From contig NIVC01000888.1 in the NCBI GenBank assembly GCA_002269645.1, positions 1 through 64,000 on the forward strand: a DNA stretch of 64,000 nucleotides, in the 5' to 3' direction. The first letter of the stretch is position 1. The number at the start of each line of letters is the position of its first letter. This document shows, piece by piece, positions 11,417-22,427 of the stretch. The DNA is from Macrostomum lignano (taxonomy: Eukaryota). The notes beneath the pieces were generated by a model. That model was not told where the DNA came from. It was given only the letters and a program-made list of their open reading frames with translations, and searched no databases. The position numbers were made by a program, and so were the translations under genes.

Positions 11417-13168
11417 ATGGCTAAAGTAAGCAGTAGTTCAGGGGCTCTGCAGCTGCGGGTGCACCCCACTGTGCTGTTACAAATTATTGACTTTTATGAG
11501 CGCCGGCCAGAGAACCAGCTGCAAGTGATTGGCACTCTGCTAGGTGAGTGCTCACTGTGCATGCGGGAAGGCAGTCAGGAGACGGGACAGATAGATGGGA
11601 TAATGTACAGACAGACCAACAGACGGACAGACAGACAGACAGACACACAGACAGACAGACGCACTGAAGCAGACAGACAGGCAGACAGACAGACAGACAC
11701 ACAGACAGACAGGCAGGCAGGCAGACAGACACACAGACAGACACACAGACAGACACACAGACAGACAGACAGACAGTCAGGCAGGCAGGCAGACAGACAG
11801 ACAGACAGACAGACAGACAGGCAGGCAGGCAGACAGACAGACACACAGACAGACAGGCAGACAGACACACAGACAGACACACAGGCAGGCAGGCAGACAC
11901 ACAGGCAGGCAGGCAGACAGACAGACAGACAGACAGAAGATAGGATGGAATCGATAACAGTCAGACCAACTACTCAACCGAGCAGGCAGCAGCGACAGCA
12001 AAGGCCAGGTGACGGCTACAAATTGTTTCTCTGTGCCGCACAGCGAATCCGAGGACAGCGCCGCCATTGACATAGAATTCCAGCGGGCCATGTTCGAATT
12101 GCATCGCAAAGCCAATCCCGGCGAGTCTATTGTAGGCTGGTTCAGCACCGGCTCCAGCATCCGAGCTCCATCGGTGCTCATACACGACTATTACTCGCGA
12201 GAATGCCGCAGGCCTGTACACATGCTAGTTAACGCCGAGGTTGACGACAGCCGGCCAAGAATGCAATTTCGAGCTTTCGTCAGCACCACGTTCGGCGTTC
12301 CAGGCAAGACCAAGGGCACAATGTTTGTGCCAATCGAGCTTCGCAACGAGGCCTACGATGACGAAGCCGCCGCCTGTCGGGTGATGCAGAGCGGCAGGAA
12401 CAATATTAAACGTGCCGTCAGCCTGCTAGACGATGTTGGCAATGTGCGTTCGGCTGCCAGGAATCTGTCTCGAATGCTGGAGCAGGTGGGTTCATGCGCC
12501 GTTTAAATAAGATTGCTGCTATTTAATCCAAACCAAATAACCTCTCTGAATCCAGCATGAGAATCGCCCCAAACCCAGCATGAGAATCACTTCAAACCCA
12601 GCATAAGAATCGCCCCAAACCCAGCATGAGAATCGCCCCAAACCCAGCATGAGAATCGCCCCAAACCCAGCATGAGAATCGCCCCAAACCCAGCATGAGA
12701 ATCGCCCCAAACCCAGCATGAGAATCCCCCAGAATCCAGCATGATAATCCCCCAGAATCCAGCATGAGAATCCCCCAGAATCCAGCATGAGAATCGCCCC
12801 AAACCCAGCATGAGAATCGCCCCAAACCCAGCATAAGAATCGCCCCAAACCCAGCATGAGAATCGCCCCAAACCCAGCATGAGAATCGCCCAAACCCAGC
12901 ATGAGAATCGCCTCTAATGGCCACAACTCCCTGACAAACGCACCCGCAGGTGATTGCCTACGTCGACTCCGTGCTAACTGACCAGCAGAAGGCGGACCCG
13001 CAGCTGGGCAGATCCCTAGCCCAGCTGGTCAACACGGTGCCCAAATTGGACAAAGAGACATTCGACGATATGGTGAACTCATCAACTAAGGACCTGCTGA
13101 TGCTGTCCTACCTGACCACAATGATTCGAACCCATCTCGACTTCAACGAGAAGCTAATAGCTATGTGA
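11417..13168 (+). CDS. EIF3F: Eukaryotic translation initiation factor 3 subunit F (MPN domain); exons 11417-11543, 11986-12485, 12950-13168
   Basis: Spliced product contains [24 protein letters not shown]|[37 protein letters not shown], matching eIF3f. GT-AG introns with consistent phases (1, 0). AATAAA near 13371. Confidence 0.93.
11608..11936. repeat. (ACAG)n compound microsatellite in eIF3f intron 1
   Basis: Direct reading of ACAG/GCAG/ACAC runs. Confidence 0.95.
12552..12908. repeat. 23-bp minisatellite, about 15 copies, in eIF3f intron 2
   Basis: Unit CCAGCATGAGAATCGCCCCAAAC. Confidence 0.95.
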
Positions 13169-13526
13169 CACTGTTAACCCCCCCCCGCCTGCCAGCTGTG
13201 TTTTCCGTTTCGGTGTGGGTTGGTTCGGAGTGGCGTCAATGTGACTCATTATAAGAAAATATGAACAACAGAACCGCTATAGTGTGTGCGCGCGTTTGCA
13301 AACGGTGTTTAAACAGTGTTAGCATTCGATTACAAACAGAAACAAAAAACCGACAGAAATTAAAACAAGAAATAAACTGTTTTATTCGAGCTTTCTGATC
13401 GGCTCGAAGTTCGGAAAGGAACTATGAATTCGGTGATATTGTTGCGTTATTGCTTAAAGTTTTTATTATTAGTTTTATACTGGCAAGGATCCACTGTCAT
13501 TTCTCTCCTTCAAACTGCTCTATTAA

Positions 13527-14290
13527 GAATCTGCCTCTTCCCTTTGTAAATCTGCCTCTACTCTTAGTGAATCTGCCTCTTCCCTTAGTGAGTCTGCCTC
13601 TTCCCTTTGTAAATCTGCCTCTACTCTTAGTGAATCTGCCTCTTCTCTTAGTGAATCTGCCTCTTCCCTTTGTAAATCTGCCTCTACTCTTAGTGAATCT
13701 GCCTCTTCCCTTTGTAAATCTGCCTCTACTCTTAGTGAATCTGCCTCTTCTCTTAGTGAATCTGTCTCTTCTCTTAGTGAATCTGCCTCTTCTCTTAGTG
13801 AATCTGCCTCTTCTACTTTGTGAATCTGCCTCTTCTCTTAGTGAATCTGTCTCTTCTCTTAGTGAATCTGCCTCTTCTCTTAGTGAATCTGCCTCTTCTC
13901 TTAGTGAATCTGCCTCTTCTCTTAGTGAATCTGCCTCTTCTCTTAGTGAATCTGTCTCTTCTCTTAGTGAATCTGCCTCTTCTCTTAGTGAATCTGCCTC
14001 TTCTCTTAGTGAGTCTGTCTCTTCTCTTAGTGAATCTGCCTCTTCTCTTAGTGAATCTGCCTCTTCTCTTAGTGAATCTGCCTCTTCTCTTAGTGAATCT
14101 GTCTCTTCTCTTAGTGAATCTGCCTCTTCTCTTAGTGAATCTGCCTCTTCTCTTAGTGAATCTGCCTCTTCTCTTAGTGAATCTGTCTCTTCTCTTAGTG
14201 AATCTGTCTCTTCTCTTAGTGAATCTGCCTCTTCTCTTAGTGAATCTGCCTCTTCTCTTAGTGAATCTGCCTCTTCTCTTAGTGAATGTG
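13527..14290. repeat. 21-bp minisatellite, about 36 copies, between eIF3f and SARNP
   Basis: Unit GTGAATCTGCCTCTTCTCTTA. Confidence 0.95.
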
Positions 14291-14349
14291 CCTGAGTGAA
14301 TGACGCAATGACCAACCTCCAACCCGGTGCATGCCAGATCCAGCCAGTC

Positions 14350-15363
14350 ATGTCCGAATCGACCGACGTACCGAGCGTTGAAGATTTGAGTCGGATGAAA
14401 CTGAAGGAGCTCAAAGAGCAGTGCAAAGCGGCCGAGCTGCCAGTCACGGGCTCAAAGAAGGAGCTGGTCGAGCGGCTTCATGAATTGCTGGTCAAGCGGG
14501 CCGAAGACAGCCTGCTGGAAGGGGACGCCATAACGTCAGCCCCGCAACCGGCTGTGGTGCCGCCGTTAAAATTGAAGCTGGCGGCTCCAGCGGCTGCTGC
14601 TGCTGCTCCCGCTGCTTCGAAACCCGCTGCTAGCGAAGGCGCGGCGGCACCCGCTACGGCCAACAGCGAGGCCGCCTCCTCAGCTAAGAAAGTCCGACTC
14701 ACCCAGCCGGCTGGGGCCGCCGCCGCTGCCGCTGCTGCTCCGGAAACCGCCGCTCCTCCGGCCGCCTCTCCGCCGAAGCCTGCAGCGGCAAGCAAGCCGA
14801 GCGAAGCTGAGCTGCTGGCCCTGCGAGCCAAGCGATTCGGCGCCGCTGCTGCCGCCACCAACGACGAGATGGAGAAGCGCAAAGCTCTGCGCGCCGAACG
14901 ATTCGGCGCCGGCGCCTCAGCTGACGATGTCGAGAAGCGAAAGGCCCTACGCGCTGAACGATTTGGCACCGGAGGCGGCGGCGACGGGATCTCCGCCGAA
15001 GACATGGAGAAGCGGAAGGCCCTGCGCGCCGAGCGATTCGGCATCGGAGCAAGCGGTGGCGATGGCGCGAGCGCCGAGGAGCTCGAAGAGCGAAAGCGCA
15101 AGCGGGCCGAGCGGTTCGGCCTCGCTGCCGCATCCAGCGGAGCCGCTCCAGCCGCCGCCGCCACCACCGCCGCAGCTTCGTCGACAGCGGAGGCGGAGCG
15201 GCTGCGCATCCGGGCGGAGCGATTCGGGCTGGCCAAGCCGGCCGCTGAGGCGGACGCCGAGGCTGCCAGGCTGAAGGCGCGCGCCGATCGGTTCAACCTG
15301 CCGCCAACCAACGAGGAGAAGCTGCAGCTGCGAGCGGCCCGGTTCAACATCAGCTCGGCCTGA
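14350..15363 (+). CDS. SARNP: SAP domain-containing ribonucleoprotein (SARNP/CIP29/Tho1 family), intronless
   Basis: N-terminal SAP domain LSRMKLKELKEQCKAAELPVTGSKKELVERL, Ala/Pro linker, then eight RAxRF[GN] motifs. ATG 14350 chosen by homology (14308 is also in frame). AATAAA near 15491. Confidence 0.88.
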   Translation: MSESTDVPSVEDLSRMKLKELKEQCKAAELPVTGSKKELVERLHELLVKRAEDSLLEGDAITSAPQPAVVPPLKLKLAAPAAAAAAPAASKPAASEGAAAPATANSEAASSAKKVRLTQPAGAAAAAAAAPETAAPPAASPPKPAAASKPSEAELLALRAKRFGAAAAATNDEMEKRKALRAERFGAGASADDVEKRKALRAERFGTGGGGDGISAEDMEKRKALRAERFGIGASGGDGASAEELEERKRKRAERFGLAAASSGAAPAAAATTAAASSTAEAERLRIRAERFGLAKPAAEADAEAARLKARADRFNLPPTNEEKLQLRAARFNISSA

Positions 15364-15686
15364 CCGCGTGGCAACCCCTGCTTTGTTTCTGCATTCATTT
15401 GGACTGTCGTCTGCTTATCCATTAGTAAAAACATTACTTGGTCACCCATACCCATGTTCGTCATGTTCAACAATAATTACATTAATGATTAATAAAAGCA
15501 GTCAAACTTTAACAGCATCTGTTGCATATGTTTTATAAGTAAAACAGCATTGACGTTTTCAATAAGCTTGTTCAGTCGTTTATTTGTATATTTTGCACTG
15601 ACAAAATGCGACTTTACTGACAAAATGTTATTTTCACACCATGCTACTAATAGTGTGGAAATTAAGTAGCATAAAAGAGATATTAA

Positions 15687-18600
15687 TTAGTTCTGTTCCA
15701 TTGGCGCCGTTGCCGACATTGCGGAAACGTTCGCGACGTGGTCCTCTTCGTCCCGGTCGGCATCGTCTGCCGCCCCGCCTTCTTCATCGTCGTCGTCGTC
15801 CTCGCTGAAGGGCTCCAGCAGGCAGACGCGCAGCCGTCGGTGGCAGGCGAACAGCACGGAGACCATCAGGCGGCGCTCAGCTGCGACAGCGATGCCGCAG
15901 CCAGGCAGATTGTCGGCGCGAAGTCGCTCGCCCAGCCGATCGGCCAATTCGACGATCGACGAATCATTGAGGCCGGCGGCTGCCGACTCCGGGGACGCCG
16001 TTGGCGGCGACCAATCGGCCTCGTTGAAGGCGGCCAGCGGCAGTACGACAAGTGAAGACGTGGCCGACGCGCCTTCTGGCCCGGCCAGCAGACAGGCGAA
16101 CTGCTTGGCGTCCAGCTGGCAGGCGTCCACCAATTTGAGGGCGCCGTCGCTGTCGGAAGAGCAGCGAAACCGAAGGCCGCACCAACCGTCGGGGCCCTGG
16201 CGGAACAGCAGGCCGGTGCAGCCGTCCGGGTGCAGAAGCAGCGCGTGGTACAGCGCCTGAGGGTTGGATATGGTTTTTATTAGAACAGAGAGGTCGTGGA
16301 CTCGATTTTAATGAAAAAAATGAGACTTAAAACGCCTGAACTAGATATCCCATATTAAAGCGAGAGGTCCTGGACTCGATTTCCATTATTAAAGCGAGAG
16401 GTCCTGGACTCGATTTCCCTATTAAAGCTAGAGGTCCTAGACTCGATTCCCCTATTAAAGCGAGAGGTCGTAGACTCGATTCCCATATTAAAGCGAGAGT
16501 CCCTAGACTCGATTCCCATATTAAAGCGAGGTCCTGGACTCGATTTCCATTATTAAAGCGATGTTCAGCATCAGGTCTTGCTCACCTGTCTGCCTATGAA
16601 TCCTTGAGCCAGCGGTCGCAGACCGGACACCGGCTGCACAGGCGGCTCTGTCAGCAGGCGAACCCGGCGCGGCTCAACCAGCCGGCAGGCGGCGTCAACC
16701 CGGTCGCACAGGCGCTCCAGACACTGCGCCAGCGAAGCCTCCGTGTCCGGGCGCACCAGCGTGCAAGCGCGCAACAGGCGCCGCTGCCGCCGATGCCCGC
16801 TAGTCCAAGCCTCCCGCTGAAGATGCCGCTCCAGCACCTGCTGCCAGACGGTCGGGCAGTCGGGCACGGAGGCCAGCGGCTCGTCGGCCAGGTACTGTCC
16901 CACCAACTCGAGTCGGAATCGGCGCTGCCCCCCAGTGGCGGCGCCGTCGGCCAATTGGTGTCGAATAAAGTCGATCACTAGCCGGCGCCGCTGCACGGTG
17001 GTGCGCTGGAGCGCGCGCGGCACGGCCTCCTTAGATAGGCGCAGGATTTGCACGTAGAGCCATTCGCAGAAGGCGCGCAGGCTGTCTCTGGTGCGCTCGA
17101 TTACTGAGCCGAGCTCGAGGGACTTGGCCAGGGCGCTGCCGGCGTAGGTCAGCGCGTCGGCGGCCCGGCGGCGGCTGAGCTCGCCTGCGTAGAGGAGAGG
17201 ATGACAGGCGTGAATAAAGGATGCTTTCTAAGAAATTGGGCCGACATTGCGGTCAATTATGAATAACAGTTAAAGTATAATCTTTACGTGAACGTTAACA
17301 AACTTCGCATGTACAAAATTGAAGTGCAAAAACCACTGCTTCTATGAAGTAAGCAGCACTGTTGCTACAGTGACAACCTCTGTTGCTATGGAGAAAAGCT
17401 CTTGCTATGGAGAAAAACTCTGTTGCTATGAAGGAAACATCTGTTGCTATGGAGAAAAGCTCTTGCTATGGAGAAAAGCTGTGTTGCTAGGGAGAAAAGT
17501 CTTGTTGCTATGACGAAAAACTGTTGCTATGTAGGAAACATCTGTTGCTATGGCGAAAAGTTGTGTTGCTAGGGAGAAGTGCTCTATTACTATGGCGAAA
17601 TTCTCCGTTGCTTTAGGGAAATCTTTGTTGCTACGGTGTAAATCCTATACATTTAACTCACACATTCCAATTAGCTACTAATAGTAGTCTCTCACCAAGC
17701 TGGGCGTCGCCGTTCCCAGTTTCTGCAAGCTCGCCATCGTCGTCGCTCGCCTCGGCTTCGAGACGCCTTTCGCCCAGATCGTCCTCGCCTTCGTCGCCGC
17801 TCTCTCCGCCTTCCTCATCGACTTCGTCATCGCCTTTGCCCAGATCGGCGACGCCGGTAGCGGCGCAGTCGGCCAGCTCGGCCAGGTGGAAAATCAAGGC
17901 GAACAGCAGAGTCTGCAGCTGGCAGGCATTGTGCCGCTGCACGGAGCACAGGCTGGTCTCGATGCCGCGGCCGATGCGGACCAGCCCGGCCCGGGACAGG
18001 CCTTCGCACAGGAATTCGCGGAATTTCGCGTGGCAATGTCCGGTGAGCAGCAGCGCCATCAGGTCCGTGCGCAGCTGCCACTCCGGTTCGCCCATTGCCA
18101 ATGCGTATTCGTCTCTGTCTTTGCTGTAGTCGGCGAACTTTTGGTCCAGCTCGTGCACCTGAGCGTTTGGGTTTGGAGCTTTTGGTTTAGTTGGGGATCT
18201 GGGATTATGATGATTAACCAATGATAAGAAGGATTAACCAAGGATTAGAAGGATTAACCAAGGATTGGAAGGATTAACCAAGGATTAGAGGGATTAACCA
18301 AGGATTGGAAGGATTAATCAAGGATTAGAGGGATTAACCAAGGATTGGAAGGATTAATCAAGGATTAGAGGGATTATCCAAGGATTCGAAGGATTAACCA
18401 AGGATTAGAGGGATTAACCAAGGATTGGAAGGATTAACCAAGGATTGGAAGGATTAATCAAGGATTAGAGGGATTAACCAAGGATTGGAAGGATTAATCA
18501 AGGATTAGAGGGATTAACCAAGGATTGGAAGGATTAATTAAGGATTAGAGGGATTATCCAAGGATTCGAAGGATTAACCAAGGATTAGAGGGATTAACGA

Positions 18601-21004
18601 ATGATTGGAAGAATTAACCAAGGATTGGAAGGATTAACCAAGGATTGGAAGGATTAATCAAGGATTAGAGGGATTAACCAAGGATTGGAAGGATTAACCA
18701 AGGATTAGAGGGATTAATCAAGGATTGGAAGGATTAATCAAGGATTAGAGGGATTAACCAAGGATTGGAAGGATTAATTAAGGATTAGAGGGATTATCCA
18801 AGGATTCGAAGGATTAACCAAGGATTAGAGGGATTAACGAATGATTGGAAGAATTAACCAAGGATTGGAAGGATTAACCAAGGATTGGAAGGATTAATCA
18901 AGGATTAGAGGGATTAACCAAGGATTGGAAGGATTAACCAAGGATTAGAGGGATTAACCAAGGATTAGGAGGATTAACCAAGGATTAGAGGGATTATCCA
19001 AGGATTCGAAGGATTAACCAAGGATTAGAGGGATTAACGAATGATTGGAAGAATTAACCAAGGATTGGAAGGATTAACCAAGGATTGGAAGGATTAATCA
19101 AGGATTAGAGGGATTAACCAAGGATTAGAAGGATTAACCAAGGATTAGAGGGATTAACCAAGGATTGGAAGGATTAATCAAGGATTAGAGGGATTAACCA
19201 AGGATTAGGAGGATTAACCAAGGATTGGAGGGATTAACCAAGGATTGGAAGGATTAACCAAGGATTAGAGGGATTATCCAAGGATTGGAAGGATTAACCA
19301 AGGATTAGAGGGATTAATCAAGGATTAGAGGGATTAACCAAGGATTAGAGGGATTAACCAAGGATTGGAAGGATTAACCAAGGATTGGAAGGATTAACCA
19401 AGGATTGGGAGGATTAACCAAGGGCACGAAAGATTACCTAGGATTCAAAGGATATTATTAACCTTGTTTTCAGAAGAACAACCTGGGGATCTGGAATTAT
19501 AAAAAAATTGCTTCAGAGACGCAGAATCCAAAAACTTGGATGATTAGTAAAGCGAGGTCTCGAACTCGAGGTTAAATTTGCTCCCCTTCCCAACCCAGCA
19601 CTAACCGAGTCCTCCCAGCACTCGGTCATCTCCTTCAGACAGCGCCGCAGTCCGGCAGTCAGCTGGGTCAGCTGCACCACGGTCAGCGCCACCCGCCTGA
19701 CTCTCTCGTAGCGTCCCGCCTCGGCCAGGCCCGTGTCGAACTGCAGCACGGCCTGCTGCCGGCCCTCCCGGCTAGCCAGCAAGCTAACCCTGGCCAGATT
19801 GTCCGACACCAGCACAGACACTGGCCGGTACTGCTCCGGACACCAGGCGCCGGGGCACAGCTGGTCAAGCGACAGTCGGCACAGCCGGCAGATGCCGTAG
19901 GCTAGCAGGTGAATCCACAGGCGGCTGGCCACTGCCAGCAGGCTCAGCTGACGCTCGATTCGACGCGATGCCGTCCAGTCGACGACGCCGCCGCCGCCAG
20001 TTGTCGACGTCGAAGACGATGACGAAGCGCCGGACGATGCACCGCCGAGCAGGTCGGCAAAGACCGGCAGAGCCTCGCCAGCCCGAGTCCACGGCTCGGT
20101 GAACTGTCGATTTGCCAGCAGGGCCCAGTGGCTGCACAGCGCCGGGCCCTCGTTGGCTGAGTCGCCAGCCCGCTGGTCCTGCCGGCGGGTCAGCCAGTCC
20201 TCGTGCAGCACGCTGCCATCCTCCAGGCTGAGGTGCCGCAGCCGTCCGTCGCTGGGTTCAAGAAGAAATGGCAGCTGGCTTGGAGTTGGGTTGGTTCCGC
20301 ATTGCTCAATCTGCAACAAGGCCTCACCTGTAGGCCACACCAGAATCCCAGGCCTCACCTGTAGGCCACACTAGAATCCCAGGCCTCACCTGTAGGCCAC
20401 ACCAGAATCCCAGGCCTCACCTGTAGGCCACACCAGAATCCCAGGCCTCACCTCTAGGCCACACCAGAATCCCAGGCCTCACCTGTAGGCCACACCAGAA
20501 TCCCAGGCCTCACCTCTAGGCCACACCAGAATCCCAGGCCTCACCTGTAGGCCACACCAGAATCCCAGGCCTCACCTCTAGGCCACACCAGAATCCCAGG
20601 CCTCACCTGTAGGCCACACCAGAATCCCAGGCCTCACCTCTAGGCCACACCAGAATCCCAGGCCTCACCTGTAGGTCACACCAGAATCCCAGGCCTCACC
20701 TGTAGGCCACCAGAGCCACCTGTCCATCGGGTCGCCAGTCGATGCAGGTCACGGGTGAGCAGCAGGACTCCCCAGCATTCTCAGCGGCCTGCTCAGGAGG
20801 CGGCGCCGGCAGGTCCCTCGGCCGGTTCACCAACCAGACGCGCTCCCAGCCCCAGCGGAACAGCAGAACGTCGCCATTATCAGCGGCCAGGAGCAGCAGA
20901 TCCATGCGAGGTGAGGCCCGCATCAGGCGAATGCGATGATTGGGGAGGCTCTTGTCCGAGCTGGCGCGGAACGAGTACTCGGGCAGACTGTCGCTGCTGT
21001 GCAT
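15687..21004 (-). CDS. ANAPC4: Anaphase-promoting complex subunit 4; exons 21004-20700, 20251-19606, 18158-17696, 17184-16586, 16256-15687 (860 aa)
   Basis: APC4 WD40 start SPRMDLLLLAADNGDVLLFRWGWERVW..VTCIDWRPDGQVALVAYS|DG; long domain EMTECWEDS|VHELDQKF and AFCEWLYVQILRL. All introns GT-AG with matching phases (2, 0, 1, 0). Confidence 0.88.
16352..16560. repeat. About 30-bp minisatellite in ANAPC4 intron 4
   Basis: Unit about TTAAAGCGAGAGGTCCTGGACTCGATTCCC, about 7 copies. Confidence 0.85.
17365..17630. repeat. Degenerate minisatellite in ANAPC4 intron 3
   Basis: Recurring CTGTTGCTATGGAGAAAAG. Confidence 0.8.
18228..19422. repeat. 20-bp minisatellite (about 60 copies) in ANAPC4 intron 2
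   Basis: Unit AAGGATTAACC-AAGGATTGG/AG, built from two related AAGGATT halves. Confidence 0.95.
20321..20700. repeat. 31-bp minisatellite (about 12 copies) starting at the ANAPC4 exon 1 donor
   Basis: Minus-strand unit GTGAGGCCTGGGATTCTGGTGTGGCCTACAG. Confidence 0.95.
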
Positions 21005-21069
21005 CTTGGTCCGCTTGCTGAGGATTGGTTGGGCTGTGTCTGAGTCGGCGAATATGAGGGGGTAGCGGT

Positions 21070-21682
21070 GGCCCAGCAACTGAGGATCTGGAAGGCTGGC
21101 CCAGCAACTGAGGATCTGGGAGGCTGGCCCAGCAACTGACACTCTGGGAGGCTGGCCCAGTAACTGAGGATCTGGGAGGCTGGCCCAGCAACTGACACTC
21201 TGGGAGGCTGGCACAGCAACTGAGGATCTGGGAGGCTGGCCCAGTAACTGAGGATCTGGGAGGCTGGCACAGCAACTGAGGATCTGGGAGGCTGGCCCAG
21301 CAACTGACACTCTGGGAGGCTGGCACAGCAACTGAGGATCTGGGAGGCTGGCCCAGTAACTGAGGATCTGGGAGGCTGGCACAGCAACTGAGGATCTGGG
21401 AGGCTGGCCCAGCAACTGACACTCTGGGAGGCTGGCCCAGCAACTGAGGATCTGGGAGGGTGGCCCAGCAACTGAGGATCTGGGAGGCTGGCCTAGCAAC
21501 TGAGGATCTGGGAGGCTGGCCTAGCAACTGAGGATCTGGGAGGCTGGCCCAGCAACTGAGGATCTGGGAGGCTGGCCCAGCAACTGAGGATCTGGGAGGC
21601 TGGCCCAGCAACTGAGGATCTGGGAGGCTGGCCCAGCAACTGAGGATCTGGGAGGCTGGCCCAGCAACTGAGGATCTGGGAG
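21070..21682. repeat. 28-bp minisatellite (about 22 copies) just upstream of the ANAPC4 ATG
   Basis: Unit AGGCTGGCCCAGCAACTGAGGATCTGGG. Confidence 0.95.
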
Positions 21683-22427
21683 GGTTTCAGTTCAAATCGA
21701 GTATCTGAAGGCTTATGATGACAAGCAAACGCTATATAGTTAACGCTAAAATTGTAAAAAAAGTTCAACAAATAAAAATAAAACGGGAGCCAAATAAGTG
21801 CTAATTAATCACTGATATCTATAGCTTATTTATTCAGCTCAAGCACCACTAAGCTTGGGGATTAGGTAGGCAAAGTATTAATGAATTGCTAACTAGCATG
21901 CTTGCCGCCGAATAAAAAAGGTGCTGGGTAGAAGTTTGCATTGAGTACAAAATTAGAGTGAGCAGTTTCGGGCAAAATAATAAAATTACAATTGCGTTAA
22001 TACAATTAAAAAACAACACAGCTTCCAAAAACTGAACTCTGTCACCGCTGTCTAAATAAATAAAATTAGAAAGACAATAATAAAAAGGACACGCGGATGC
22101 GCTACTAAGAGTAGTATTTTAATAGCGGTTATAAAGGTGCACAAATTCATTAATAAATTCAATCTATACAAAAGTTGTTTTGCTAATCAATCTTAAAATT
22201 GATTAAAAATGAAACCAATAGCTTATATCTTGTCAGTTGCTGTTCTTCAATAGAAATTATTATTGCACAGCTGGCAGTTGTCACGGTTGGAAGGCCGTCT
22301 GAAAAATGAGAGAGTTTAAAAACGTCTGGCTGCAGTGAGCACCAAGAACAACTCAATGCAAAATCTCACCCCAATATAAACAAAGCAAGTACTCACTAGA
22401 AGGTTGCACTAGTCGAGTCAAAGCATT

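Noticed and set aside
13450-14447. Long ORFs with heptad-like repeats (SLREEAD, SESASSL) suggesting a coiled-coil protein
   Set aside because: A 21-bp unit without stops is open in several frames on both strands; no unique domain or credible start.
14478-16260. Antisense and alternative-frame ORFs over SARNP and ANAPC4
   Set aside because: Shadow ORFs of GC-rich coding sequence.
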